From Nemertoderma westbladi (taxonomy: Eukaryota > Animalia > Xenacoelomorpha), in contig JAUCBJ010005560.1 of NCBI GenBank assembly GCA_032718475.1, positions 1 through 64,000 on the forward strand: a DNA stretch of 64,000 nt, read 5' to 3'. A program made the translations under genes and the position numbers. The notes under the pieces are model-generated. The model was not told the DNA's origin and searched no databases. It saw nothing but the letters and a program-made list of their open reading frames with translations. Positions 12,601 to 27,600 of this stretch are shown here, one piece after another (the first letter of the stretch is position 1; each line of letters opens with the position of its first letter).

Positions 12601-15600
12601 GAGGTTAGAGTCCAAAACAGTGAAATAAAGTTAAATGTAAACAAACAACCGATGAGGTTAGAGTCCAAAACAGTGAAATAAAGTTCAATGGAAACAAACA
12701 ACCGATGAGGTTAGAGTCCAAAACAGTGAAATAAAGTTCAATGGAAACAAACAACCGATGAGGTTAGAGTCCAAAACAGTGAAATAAAGTTCAATGCAAA
12801 CAAACAACCGATGAGGTTAGAGTCCAAAACAGTGAAATAAAGTACAATGTAAACAAACAACTGATGAGGTTAGAGTCCAAAACAGTGAAATAAAGTTCAA
12901 TGCAAACAAACAACTGATGAGGTTAGAGTCCAAAACAGTGAAATAAAGTTCAATGCAAACAAACAACTGATGAGGTTAGAGTCCAAAACAGTGAAATAAA
13001 GTTCAATGCAAACAAACAACTGATGAGGTTAGAGTCCAAAACAGTGAAATAAAGTTCAATGCAAACAAACAACTGATGAGGTTAGAGTCCAAAACAGTGA
13101 AATAAAGTTCAATGCAAACAAACAACCGATGAGGTTAGAGTCCAAAACAGTGAAATAAAGTTAAATGTAAACAAACAACCGATGAGGTTAGAGTCCAAAA
13201 CAGTGAAATAAAGTTCAATGGAAACAAACAACCGATGAGGTTAGAGTCCAAAACAGTGAAATAAAGTTCAATGCAAACAAACAACCGATGAGGTTAGAGT
13301 CCAAAACAGTGAAATAAAGTACAATGTAAACAAACAACTGATGAGGTTAGAGTCCAAAACAGTGAAATAAAGTTCAATGCAAACAAACAACTGATGAGGT
13401 TAGAGTCCAAAACAGTGAAATAAAGTTCAATGCAAACAAACAACTGATGAGGTTAGAGTCCAAAACAGTGAAATAAAGTTCAATGCAAACAAACAACTGA
13501 TGAGGTTAGAGTCCAAAACAGTGAAATAAAGTTCAATGCAAACAAACAACCGATGAGGTTAGAGTCCAAAACAGTGAAATAAAGTTAAATGTAAACAAAC
13601 AACCGATGAGGTTAGAGTCCAAAACAGTGAAATAAAGTTCAATGGAAACAAACAACCGATGAGGTTAGAGTCCAAAACAGTGAAATAAAGTTCAATGCAA
13701 ACAAACAACCGATGAGGTTAGAGTCCAAAACAGTGAAATAAAGTTCAATGCAAACAAACAACCGATGAGGTTAGAGTCCAAAACAGTGAAATAAAGTACA
13801 ATGTAAACAAACAACTGATGAGGTTAGAGTCCAAAACAGTGAAATAAAGTTCAATGCAAACAAACAACTGATGAGGTTAGAGTCCAAAACAGTGAAATAA
13901 AGTTCAATGCAAACAAACAACTGATGAGGTTAGAGTCCAAAACAGTGAAATAAAGTTCAATGCAAACAAACAACTGATGAGGTTAGAGTCCAAAACAGTG
14001 AAATAAAGTTCAATGCAAACAAACAACCGATGAGGTTAGAGTCCAAAACAGTGAAATAAAGTTAAATGTAAACAAACAACCGATGAGGTTAGAGTCCAAA
14101 ACAGTGAAATAAAGTTCAATGGAAACAAACAACCGATGAGGTTAGAGTCCAAAACAGTGAAATAAAGTTCAATGCAAACAAACAACCGATGAGGTTAGAG
14201 TCCAAAACAGTGAAATAAAGTACAATGTAAACAAACAACCGATGAGGTTAGAGTCCAAAACAGTGAAATAAAGTTAAATGTAAACAAACAACCGATGAGG
14301 TTAGAGTCCAAAACAGTGAAATAAAGTTCAATGGAAACAAACAACCGATGAGGTTAGAGTCCAAAACAGTGAAATAAAGTACAATGTAAACAAACAACCG
14401 ATGAGGTTAGAGTCCAAAACAGTGAAATAAAGTTAAATGTAAACAAACAACTGATGAGGTTAGAGTCCAAAACAGTGAAATAAAGTTCAATGCAAACAAA
14501 CAACTGATGAGGTTAGAGTCCAAAACAGTGAAATAAAGTTCAATGCAAACAAACAACTGATGAGGTTAGAGTCCAAAACAGTGAAATAAAGTTCAATGCA
14601 AACAAACAACCGATGAGGTTAGAGTCCAAAACAGTGAAATAAAGTTAAATGTAAACAAACAACCGATGAGGTTAGAGTCCAAAACAGTGAAATAAAGTTC
14701 AATGGAAACAAACAACCGATGAGGTTAGAGTCCAAAACAGTGAAATAAAGTTCAATGCAAACAAACAACCGATGAGGTTAGAGTCCAAAACAGTGAAATA
14801 AAGTACAATGTAAACAAACAACTGATGAGGTTAGAGTCCAAAACAGTGAAATAAAGTTCAATGCAAACAAACAACTGATGAGGTTAGAGTCCAAAACAGT
14901 GAAATAAAGTTCAATGCAAACAAACAACTGATGAGGTTAGAGTCCAAAACAGTGAAATAAAGTTCAATGCAAACAAACAACTGATGAGGTTAGAGTCCAA
15001 AACAGTGAAATAAAGTTCAATGCAAACAAACAACTGATGAGGTTAGAGTCCAAAACAGTGAAATAAAGTTCAATGCAAACAAACAACCGATGAGGTTAGA
15101 GTCCAAAACAGTGAAATAAAGTTAAATGTAAACAAACAACCGATGAGGTTAGAGTCCAAAACAGTGAAATAAAGTTCAATGGAAACAAACAACCGATGAG
15201 GTTAGAGTCCAAAACAGTGAAATAAAGTTCAATGCAAACAAACAACCGATGAGGTTAGAGTCCAAAACAGTGAAATAAAGTACAATGTAAACAAACAACT
15301 GATGAGGTTAGAGTCCAAAACAGTGAAATAAAGTTCAATGCAAACAAACAACTGATGAGGTTAGAGTCCAAAACAGTGAAATAAAGTTCAATGCAAACAA
15401 ACAACTGATGAGGTTAGAGTCCAAAACAGTGAAATAAAGTTCAATGCAAACAAACAACTGATGAGGTTAGAGTCCAAAACAGTGAAATAAAGTTCAATGC
15501 AAACAAACAACCGATGAGGTTAGAGTCCAAAACAGTGAAATAAAGTTAAATGTAAACAAACAACCGATGAGGTTAGAGTCCAAAACAGTGAAATAAAGTT

Positions 15601-18600
15601 CAATGGAAACAAACAACCGATGAGGTTAGAGTCCAAAACAGTGAAATAAAGTTCAATGCAAACAAACAACCGATGAGGTTAGAGTCCAAAACAGTGAAAT
15701 AAAGTTCAATGCAAACAAACAACCGATGAGGTTAGAGTCCAAAACAGTGAAATAAAGTACAATGTAAACAAACAACTGATGAGGTTAGAGTCCAAAACAG
15801 TGAAATAAAGTTCAATGCAAACAAACAACTGATGAGGTTAGAGTCCAAAACAGTGAAATAAAGTTCAATGCAAACAAACAACTGATGAGGTTAGAGTCCA
15901 AAACAGTGAAATAAAGTTCAATGCAAACAAACAACTGATGAGGTTAGAGTCCAAAACAGTGAAATAAAGTTCAATGCAAACAAACAACCGATGAGGTTAG
16001 AGTCCAAAACAGTGAAATAAAGTTAAATGTAAACAAACAACCGATGAGGTTAGAGTCCAAAACAGTGAAATAAAGTTCAATGGAAACAAACAACCGATGA
16101 GGTTAGAGTCCAAAACAGTGAAATAAAGTTCAATGCAAACAAACAACCGATGAGGTTAGAGTCCAAAACAGTGAAATAAAGTACAATGTAAACAAACAAC
16201 CGATGAGGTTAGAGTCCAAAACAGTGAAATAAAGTTAAATGTAAACAAACAACCGATGAGGTTAGAGTCCAAAACAGTGAAATAAAGTTCAATGGAAACA
16301 AACAACCGATGAGGTTAGAGTCCAAAACAGTGAAATAAAGTACAATGTAAACAAACAACCGATGAGGTTAGAGTCCAAAACAGTGAAATAAAGTTAAATG
16401 TAAACAAACAACTGATGAGGTTAGAGTCCAAAACAGTGAAATAAAGTTCAATGCAAACAAACAACTGATGAGGTTAGAGTCCAAAACAGTGAAATAAAGT
16501 TCAATGCAAACAAACAACCGATGAGGTTAGAGTCCAAAACAGTGAAATAAAGTACAATGTAAACAAACAACCGATGAGGTTAGAGTCCAAAACAGTGAAA
16601 TAAAGTTAAATGTAAACAAACAACTGATGAGGTTAGAGTCCAAAACAGTGAAATAAAGTTCAATGCAAACAAACAACCGATGAGGTTAGAGTCCAAAACA
16701 GTGAAATAAAGTACAATGTAAACAAACAACCGATGAGGTTAGAGTCCAAAACAGTGAAATAAAGTTAAATGTAAACAAACAACCGATGAGGTTAGAGTCC
16801 AAAACAGTGAAATAAAGTTCAATAGAAACAAACAACCGATGAGGTTAGAGTCCAAAACAGTGAAATAAAGTTCAATGCAAACAAACAACCGATGAGGTTA
16901 GTGTCCAAAACAGTGAAATAAAGTACAATGTAAACAAACAACCGATGAGGTTAGAGTCCAAAACAGTGAAATAAAGTTCAATGTAAACAAACAACCGATG
17001 AGGTTAGAGTCCAAAACAGTGAAATAAAGTACAATGTAAACAAACAACCGATGAGGTTAGAGTCCAAAACAGTGAAATAAAGTTCAATGTAAACAAACAA
17101 CCGATGAGGTTAGAGTCCAAAACAGTGAAATAAAGTACAATGTAAACAAACAACCGATGAGGTTAGAGTCCAAAACAGTGAAATAAAGTACAATGTAAAC
17201 AAACAACCGATAAGGTTAGAGTCCAAAACAGTGAAATAAAGTTCAATGTAAACAAACAACCGATGAGGTTAGAGTCCAAAACAGTGAAATAAAGTACAAT
17301 GTAAACAAACAACCGATGAGGTTAGAGTCCAAAACAGTGAAATAAAGTACAATGTAAACAAACAACCGATGAGGTTAGAGTCCAAAACAGTGAAATAAAG
17401 TTCAATGTAAACAAACAACCGATGAGGTTAGAGTCCAAAACAGTGAAATAAAGTACAATGTAAACCAACAACCGATGAGGTTAGAGTCCAAAACAGTGAA
17501 ATAAAGTACAATGTAAACAAACAACCGATGAGGTTAGAGTAGTAATAAGGCATCAGAATGCGCAGTGGAGCGTTGGACTAGGAATTTCCGGTTAATTTTT
17601 TTGTGAGTAAGATTGATAGTAAACCATTCAAGGAGACAATTTATGCGTTAGTAGACGCGGACCTTTGTGCGATTTGTGCTTGTTAATTTATCATTCTGAC
17701 ATACTACTATTAATTAAATATAATTGAACTGCAAAACCCAATGTTTTAATAAATTGATGACACTGAACCAACCGTCAACCTACTATACGACAATCACTCC
17801 AACTGTTGTGTTGCTGCCACGAAGGACGACTGCACCCCATTTTCTACCCCTACTATCTTTAAAAATTTTGGAATACTCAAACGCTATGCTTAACATTATT
17901 TTCATATTTTCTGTATTTCTGAAAAATTGTTGAAGCAGGTTAGTTCTCATCGCTTTTAGATTGTTAAATACTATTATCAAAGCTTGGAAGTTGTTTAAAA
18001 CTGTTGCCATAATGCCTTGTGTTTTCGGTTTTCGAGATTATCATACCGCTTACGCTTAACATTAGTTTATTTATTCAAAATAATAATTAACAATTAGTAC
18101 GAATAATGTCAAGTTTATTAACAGTTACTGTGAGTTTAATGTTCATTATCATGTGGTGGGTGGGGCGAGCCACGTAAGCCCAGGTGAGCCTTGTCTTAGC
18201 GCAGGGGTTATAATTAGTGGACCCGTCTCTCATCGTCGTTGTCGAAAATGTTTGAACGCTAATAAGTTTGTTAATCGTTGATTAAATGGAACCAAACTTG
18301 GTACACAGTCATGTAGTTTATAAAAAGTTTATGAATTATACAAACAGACAGACTTCTATATAGTTCATTTGTTGACATCTAGGGTGCGAATGACTAAGTC
18401 CTCTAATTGTACCACCTAGGCAACGCTCACCTTGACTTAATTGTGCGCGAAGGCCCCACGAACGTGTTCATTCATGAATACAACTAGAAGTCTTATCCAT
18501 TCTGGTTACATTAAACAGATTCACGGGTTTCTGACCAGCAATTCCATTGTCCTCGCCCCAACCTTGCTTCAGACTCCTAATGGAAATATCCTCTGGGTCC

Positions 18601-21600
18601 TTCCCATTGGATATCTCCACCATAAAGCTGATATATATAATAGCCAATCGCAACGTTTCTATCCGACTCAAGCGCTTCTCGTAGGTTAGTATGGGAACTT
18701 TCTTACGGAGTTCGTCGAACGCCTCGTTCAGACTGTACATTCTCCGCCGTTCTCGAATGTTGGCGGCTCTTCGTTGCGCGAACGTTGTCACTCGTTTTCG
18801 ACCTTTGGGGAGTCTCATTGCCGCGGTCCCGACTACCGCGTTCGGGACACCTTGGTGTCGCATCCCGTCTCGCTCGACCAATGAGGGACCCCCGTACATA
18901 AGAGGCGCGGTTCGGATCATGTTGTAAGAACCGGCGCGATGTCGTGATTGGTTGCCGGGTGTTAACCACTTGCGGTCGATTGGTAGATGATAGTCGCCTA
19001 CCATTGGTTGGTATTGGTAGCCATGGTGAAACGGTTGACCACGGGGGACGGTCATATATTCTCGATTGCGGTCGGATGAATTAGATGGATATAACGGATA
19101 ATTTAAATTGCCTCCATAACCATGGCCATGCATATTAATTCTAACTACTTTACGTATTTGTGAATGAAAATTAAAAAAAAAACTAAAAATTTAAATAGCA
19201 GCAATGCTTTTTATGTCTTAGTTGTATTCTTATAATAATATTTTGGTAACATTCAACAAAATATTTTGTTTATCGCGGAGGTAAAGTGATTGTTTTACGA
19301 AGTTCGAGACATTAAAATACTTGAGAGACTTCCCGACGCTAAGCGATTCGTTTACGTAGGAAGTAATTAGCGGTCGTTAAATCCCTTCCTGTTGATAGCG
19401 TTGTGTTCGTTAATAAATACCACTGCTGTTACCGATAAGGTCTGGCGGTATTATTACTCCTTCTATCATGCCGCTTCCATCGCTACAAATTATTTTAATG
19501 GTAACACGTGCGAGAAATCTGAGAGGCTAACGCTTTTATCCAATAGTATTTACCGAGAGAGCTATCTTATCTGCCACTTTAATTCATTGTTGACTAACTT
19601 TCCGCCTGGGAGGAGGCCAATTGTTAATGTTAAGAGAGGCCTGAACTTTACACTCCCCGTTCCCTACAGAGGGCCCCTTTGATGCACACATTGTGAAACA
19701 GATACATGTATTTATTGCTCAGTGGACGAGACTGGCCATCTTCCAATGCAAAGCTGAATGAAGGAAGAGTCGATTAAACATGGAAATAATAATATGCTTC
19801 TTATGATGCGAGTTTGTTCCATTTGAGTTATTTAAATACCCCCCCCCCCCCCCCCCCCCCACAACTCCTGAGATTTATTAGGTTTCTTTACTTAAATTTT
19901 CAACCAAATTGAACTAATAATTTAATTTTCTAACAATCATAGCATCCCATCTGCCTGTCTATATTAGTATCATTAATTATTAAAATTCTTAACTTATGTT
20001 TGTATTACTTTCTCTAAGGCAATCTTCGTGTTTATTAGCTCAGCGTAGCAGCATTTCTGGCAGTGTATTTATTGGTGAACTATTAATAATGGAACAACAA
20101 CAATTATAATCTAAAATATTCCCCTTAATATTAATTAACTTACCTTTATATTTCCGAATTTATATTGTCATTACCGCAGATATCGCAGTTACAAACCAGT
20201 TTGGCATCGTGGAAAGGCGGCGATAGCGACTATGTGGAGATGTTGAAATGTGAGATTAAAAAGAGAGACGATCAAGTTCAAAAGTATAAATGGGATATGA
20301 TATCGGCACAGGATAAGAGAGACCAAGCACTGGCTGAGGTAAGTAAGACTTAATATTTACATACCGACAACCTGCTTTTCATATTGACTGTAAAGAAAAT
20401 CCCATTTCCATCACAACACGGAGATCAGTAAATCAAATATTATTTAAGTGGCCCAAAATTACCATTACTAAATTATTATAAATATCGGTATTTACTAATA
20501 TTATTATTTGGTTATGTTCCATTTGTAAGCATGCTAAGACCAATGTTATAGAAAAATGTACTTTCCTGTTATGCAATAGGAAATTAAAATATCTCAGGTG
20601 AATTAATAATTGTACGGTTTAGACTTAGATCCAAAGCAACACATAAATAACAATGCGATTTAAAACCCTTCAACTGGTGAATAACCCTAAAATCCTATCA
20701 AATATTCGTTTTGTTTCGTTTTTTATCAATCTTTGAAATTTTCGTTTCATACATTTTAAATTAGTTTTTCTTTTCGTTTCGTTTTCTGCTAGAAATTTTG
20801 ATTTTATAAAATAAAAGTTTTAAGTAGAACAGCCCCCCCCCCCCCCCCCCCACCATACTAACACCCCAAGGAGGAATAGCAATAAAATAGTCTCTCTACT
20901 AAGTTTAGACGATGTGTGTCTTACATGTGTTTTCACGATGTCAACTAGCAAAAAGCAAGCAAACAGTCGGCCGAAGCCGGAGGCGACCCGAAGGCTCCTC
21001 TTTCGATAGTTGCTACCCGAGGGTAGGGGTGGGCGCTACTCCTATCCCAAGATTTGCTCCCAGTTATTTAACTGGTGCTCATTTTATCGACCCCAGTGGA
21101 TGAAAGGCTGAGTGGACCCTGGCGGGGCTGAACCTACAACCAATAGATTGCAGGCCCGGCGCTCAACCAACTGAGCTACCCATGTCAACTACTCCCTTAC
21201 AAAGAACAACCAAACGGGAACAGACTTTGTGAGAACTCATCTGAGTTTATACAAGTCAGACACATTAAAAAAATACCAAATACAAAATAATAAGGTCATG
21301 GGAGCCTGCCATAGTTCATGAGTTTTTACCAGTTTAGGACCTAATATCTGAGAAATGATGCTACCTTGTTGTTTATTTGGATCTCCCGTTCTTGTTTCAT
21401 ACAATGCAAGTCCTGAAAGAAACCAGAACCACCAACGATATATTAGTACAAAAATGGAACTATTCTGTTTATCAGTTAAGTCTTGTTTCGGTCGCAAAGC
21501 CTCAGTTTATGGAATAGTTATCCATGGATGGCGTTACAATTTATCAAGCAGAAGATTTTGGCCTTTTACAAAAGTAAATTTAGCATTTCTCAAAGGAAAT

Positions 21601-24600
21601 AATTTGATAAATTATTATTAAAAGTCATACCTGAAATGTTGTACTACTGTATGGCATACTACGTTGCTGTAAACCCAATATATGTGGCTGTGTCAACCGC
21701 TCTTCTTTAATTCATATAAGCGAATATCATATTCCCGGCAACAAATAGTTTGGTCATAAACATAAAAATATCATCACAATAAAATAGTAATTATATTATT
21801 ACCGGTATTTGACTCTTTGTTTACTACTCCCACAAGGCTCAGTTTCATATTCCATTTCCAAATGTCTCCTTTTGGAAGGTTTATTAACAGTCTTGGAAAC
21901 CTCTTCAATCTCCTCATCCGATTCCTCAAAGTCCTCCACATACTCCACCACACCATCTTCTTCCTCTTCCACTTCCTCTTCAGCTTCGCTCTCAGACTCA
22001 TCCTCAACTTCTTCGTCGATAACTTTATCGAAAGTTTTTTCAGGGAAATTATATATATCACCATAAGTTCCCTTCTTCAATCTCTCGAGTAACTCTTTCT
22101 CTATGGACGTCTCGAGTCTAGCCGCCATTAAGGCCTTATCTTCCCTGCGGCGCTCTCGTCTCTCCAACTTCTTGGCTACCGGCACCAACGTCCTCCTAGA
22201 CTTTAACGTTAGCTTCCGCATCCGTATCAGGTACTGGTAGATCTTGGTGTAGCGTTGCTTACATTTATGAATAACGAAACGAGGCCAGTAGATGAGCTGC
22301 GTGTCTATCTGGAGTAAAGCCTGCTCGTAGTTTTTGGATAATTTCACTTTTTCCCACAGTTGTTTAGGAAACGCGGCTCTCTCGATGGACTTTTGGTACA
22401 AGTAGCAGACTCCCTTCTCTTCCCGCACCGTCGCGTATTGACTGTTGGAGAGCGGGCAGGAACTCCGGTTGCATAAACCCGTGAGATTGTAAGGATTTCT
22501 ACAAAATGTCTCCGTTTTCGTTTTGGCCATGTAGGAGCAGTGGGTCGACTTGAGAATACTCCATATCACGTCGTCGTGCTGCATGGTTAGATATGTGGTG
22601 TAGCGTGGAGATAGATCGCCTGTCTAACAATCTGTCACACTGACTAAGTTATAGGAATTCAGGGGAAATGGAAATTGTACCGGTAGATAGGATGTAGGAG
22701 TACGATACCGGTACGGTGCGGTAGGCCTAGTGCTGTAGTGCTGTTTATGTGTAGTTACTACAACAGTCTGAGAGTGCTGGACAGAATGATGATACCCGAA
22801 GCGTGTTATGTGCTTTGCTTGATATTGCAGGGTCGTTCTCACAAAAAGTGGCCAAACTTTGATGTCAAAATTACGGTGGCTCATAACTGTCACAGTATAT
22901 AAAAAGGAACGGCAGAAATTAAAAAGCCACGGCAGAAATTAAAGAAGCTACGGCAGAAATTAAAAAGCCACGGCAGAAATTAAAAAGCCACGGCAGAAAT
23001 TAAAAAGCCACGGCAGAAATTAAAAAGCCACGGCAGAAATTAAAAAGCCACGGCAGAAATTAAAAAGTAACTGCTATTGCTAGATTATATGAGTATGAGT
23101 GCCGACTGCAAGCTATTGCTATCGGCCAGTAAAAAAATAGGTAAAAAAAATAATAAAAAAAATAGGTAAAAAAAAGTAGAAAAAATAGGTGAAATGTAAA
23201 GGTAAGGTAAAAATAGGTAGGAAAAAATATTTGCTATAATGTATTGTAATAATCATGGCTTTTTAATTTCTGCCGTGGCTTTTTAATTTCTGCCGTAGCT
23301 TCTTTAATTTCTGCCGTGGCTTTTCAATTTCTGCCGTGGCTTTTTAATTTCTGCCGTAGCTTCTTTAATTTCTGCCGTGGCTTTTTAATTTCTGCCGTGG
23401 CTTTTTAATTTCTGCCGTAGCTTCTTTAATTTCTGCCGTTCCTTTTTATATCCTGTGACAGTTATGGGCCACCGTACAAAATGGCCATGCATTCGCACGT
23501 TTATATTTCCAAACGACACAGATTTAACCCCATGAACCTATATACCAATCGGAAGAGCGGAAATCTGCTCATATTTCAGCAAATTTTCAACAGATTCCAT
23601 TCACAACCTAGAAAATGACACCATTTCAAATATCGATAATGCATGTTTTTTGAAATGTCACATTGAATTATTTTGAAATATTTGGCTGCTGAACTAAAGC
23701 AATGAAAGCAAAGGTTCCACATACCATACATCAAAATATGCAAATTTAATGCTCTTTCACATACTATTGGTGGTTTTCAACCGAAGCGACTCACATTTTA
23801 TATATTTATTTTGTCCACCATGTAACGCTCGTTTTCATGACATGGTTTTTTTTTATTTATTCACAACATCTCCAAGTGAGATATTTCTAAACGGCGATTT
23901 ATTTAGCTATCAGCAGGTAAACGAATTATACGAATTCGTTCATTAGAACTCGAGCATTGTGCGAAAACGTAAATCTACAAAAAATACCGTCATTAGGAAT
24001 GTCCTCAATGTAACGCTACTTTGAATAGCGATAACTTTTGCCTTAGTAATCATATCGACACCATTGGGGGCTCATATGAAAGAGCAATCGCAGATCTATC
24101 GAATCACATATATGATTTTAATATAGTTTCAAAACAGACTATGGCCAATGCATGCTAATGAAAAATGTCTTCTATGTCCATCATGGAACGCATGCAACGC
24201 TAAAGTAAAGTAAAAGTAAATTTTCTTCAGCTGTTAGGCGAGGGATTACGCACAAAGTCTGACGACTTATTTCCAGTGCGGTCCCCCCATAACTTTACTC
24301 CCCAGAGGAAACTCCAGTACTCATTTAGCTACCACTTAAGGATGCAAGGCAGAGATGCGCCCTGGCTGGTCCCTTTAAAGCATTCGTGCCGAAACGAAAA
24401 CTGCCCTGGCCCATATGAGGATCGAACCCACGACCTACGGGAGATGTGAATTCAATGCAACCACTACACCAAGGTGGAACCTTGGTGCGCTGAACGCTGT
24501 CACAATCAATAGCGTTACACTTGACACATGTCCTCCATGTAACGCAGTCGGGTCTGAAAATACCTAGTTAGTGCGAGTGGCATTTATTTTTACAAATCAG

Positions 24601-27600
24601 GCAGTCAGAGTCAAATTAACAATAGTCGATGGTTTCTGTGTATTTCAGTATTTAGTATAAACTACTGTAGTAGTAATATTGTATCTGTCTGTAGTCTGTA
24701 TTACCTAGTACTAACTACCTAAAGGGTTTAGGAAAAGCTCATGATTTGTTTACCTTTCTTTATTTCGGTTCTAAAACAGTACTTCTTAATCGTCATGCAA
24801 TTACAATTGTCAAACGGAATTAAGCGTGTTGTGTCCGGTAAGAACTTCTCGATTGAAGTTAGTGATGGCGTTACACGTGAAGGACTTAGAGATTAAGTTA
24901 GTGATGGTGTTACACTTGAAGGACTTAGAGATTACGTTAGTGATGGGATGGCGTTACACGTGAAGGACTTAGAGATTAAGTTAGTGATGGCGTTACACGT
25001 GAAGGACTTAGAGATTAAGTTAGTGATGGTGTTACACTTGAAGGACTTAGAGATTACGTTAGTGATGGGATGGCGTTACACGTGAAGGACTTAGAGATTA
25101 AGTTAGTGATGGCGTTACACGTGAAGGACTTAGAGATTAAGTTAGTTATGGCGTTACACGTCAAGGACTTAGAGATTAAGTTAGTGATGGTGTTACGCGT
25201 GAAGGACTTAGAGATTAAGTTAGTGATGGCTATACACGTGAAGGACGTAGAGATTAAGTTAAGATTAGTGATGGTTTTAAGGATTCCGTTAACTATTTTG
25301 TACAATTATTGTTACACTTACAATAATATGAATATTGATATTGTATGTATACAATAATACAAACTAAATAATTTGCTGATTTGAAAAATATTATTTTTGC
25401 CATTTGGTCGATAAATCCTTAGTTTACGGTTAATAATGGGGCGTTACATGACATACAGATACAAGTGACTGTTGAATTTCTGGTATATATTTTAAATGTC
25501 AATTCCTGGATAATGATTGGCTAACAAGTAGCGTTACATTAGATACAACAAGTTAGATTGTGGGTGTTCTGTGAAATGAAGGCTTCTGATTGGCTAACAA
25601 GTAGCATTACACCAGGGACAAAATGTTACATTGTGGACATTAGTTTTTCACGAATAAAACCTTACGACCATACTAAACAAACGGCCCACCAGTGTATTCG
25701 AAATCGCCCCATCGAGAGCTCTCGAAATATGTATATATTTAATAATTTATATAGTTTTGACAAAAAAAAATTGAATTTTTTCTCTAAATCTTGGCCACTT
25801 TTTGTGAGAACAACCCTGCAGTTGTTTTACAGTAGTTAACCATTTTAGGCGCATTTTCTTTCAGCTTGTATTATTGTGGCAATTTATAAAGTAAATAATA
25901 ATGATATTAAAAAATATTAACAGACTTACCGTAATGAATGAATACCGCTACACATTATATTTTTAGTCCCTAAAACAATTGCTTTTCCCACTAAAGTAAA
26001 TGACAGAATGGTGTTTTTATTCACAAAATTTTTGTCATTAATATTTCATTTGTCCCATGTAGAATGACGTAATTATGAATAGAAAAAGATGTTGAAGAAG
26101 AAACAAACGCTTTGCTATTCAAAAAAATTTGTGCCTTCAATGTCTTCTGTAGGACTACTTCTTGGAGAAATTAACTTTAATTGTTCTCCACAATTAGTCA
26201 AACACGTAACGCGACGCTACAGGTGAAACTTCATGAAGTTATCTTCATCAAAAATTTATTTTAAATTCAAATTGTTTAATGAAAACCCATGAGAAATTAC
26301 ATGAGATTTATAATAAAATAAAACAGCATTGGAGAAATGCGGTGTGTAACTAATGTATCCTTAACCATGACCTACTACAACAGTAGGCAGAATGCAGCCT
26401 TCATGTCGTATCTTTAGTAGGCCATGCCGTAACAAATACTAAACCTCCCGGGCTTTTTTATTTCAATCAAATATAAACCGTTTAGCCAGAAACATAAACT
26501 GTTTACTGTGTGCGGTGAGTCAGGAGTAAGAAGGGGTGAGGTGACCCTTTACCGAAGCGGGGTGACCCTTTACCGAAGCGGTCTATGAGAGGTAATGTTG
26601 AATGAAGCCTTCGCACAACACGTGAGCGCTTCGCGAAGCACGTGAGCGAACCTGAATGCGGTTCGCGCAGCACGAGTTAACGCGTTTCATGATGCGCGAA
26701 TATAAATTACACAAACAAAATTACGTCAAGAATTACTAACGTTATAATATTATTGTTTTACGCAATATTTAGATATACATACAGTAAAAATGTTAAATTC
26801 TACAACAAACTGTATACAAACACAAACAATGGGTCACTTTAGTTTTGGTAAGTAAGCAAGATTCACTTAGTTATTGCGTTCTCGAATTGAATAAGTTTTT
26901 ATATTAATTATATACCTTTAAAAGTCCATCATCAAATCCTACATACATTGCTCGGATAATTAATAGATAGATATAATACTGTATTGATCGAATAATGAGC
27001 TAATAACCCGCACTTCTTTCATGTATAGTAACCATCAGTATCTCCCTCGCCAAATGTTTCCCCTGGGTTTCTCGAGTTATTCTTTACGGAATAAATAAAG
27101 TAGGTTAGAACGTCGCGTTCGTTCACTTGTATCGTTGCGAAGTGTCGAATAACGGCATCGGCTAGCAGTTGTTTGCTGTTTCCCGGCCGAGTGTGCAACT
27201 TATAGTGCCGTTTATACCGCCGCAACGTGTTCACCTGTAGTTGATACAGATCGACATCGGGGCTCGACGATTCATCGTCGTCCGATTGGTCCTCGCGATC
27301 TTTGATTTTACCCAAACGGATGTTCCTCACTATGTTGTTGTGTAACTCACATATCCCCAGGTGGTTGGAATCGGGGTCCACCCGGATCGGGATTTTGGAT
27401 TGTTCCAGGGATTTTCGCATCCGTTGGTTGCAGGAGTAGGAGCTGGAAGGTCTCCGACATCGGGTGCCTTCCTCGAGCAGACAGCAGATAGCGGAATCCC
27501 GGTCCACTACTGGGAGGATGATACGGTTCCTTTGGGAGCCGTTCATTCGGTCGGAAGATGTGAAATCCATCGGGTAGGTATCGTTCAATAATAATTATAC

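Larger units (their letters stand above)
22826..25820. mobile_element. Non-autonomous TIR element (about 3 kb) carrying nested insertions
   Basis: 30-bp TIR TGCAGGGTCGTTCTCACAAAAAGTGGCCAA at 22826-22855 matches 25791-25820 with one mismatch. No transposase; no clear TSD. Confidence 0.8.

Noticed and set aside
8755-17540. CRISPR-like regular array
   Set aside because: Units are contiguous with no unique spacers, there are no cas genes, and the context is eukaryotic.
19839-19860. Poly-C/poly-G runs here and at about 7412, 7644, 20833, 29606, 61795 and 62706
   Set aside because: Simple homopolymers with no consistent position relative to genes; lengths are unreliable.
21110-21186. tRNA gene (Cys-like anticodon loop)
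   Set aside because: Acceptor and anticodon stems pair poorly, the B box is degenerate and the sequence continues into a SINE body.
24405-24481. tRNA gene
   Set aside because: A and B boxes are present but there is no convincing cloverleaf; it is followed by a SINE body and simple-repeat tail.
25054-25357. Repetitive 83-aa and 95-aa ORFs
   Set aside because: Translations of the 39-bp repeat.
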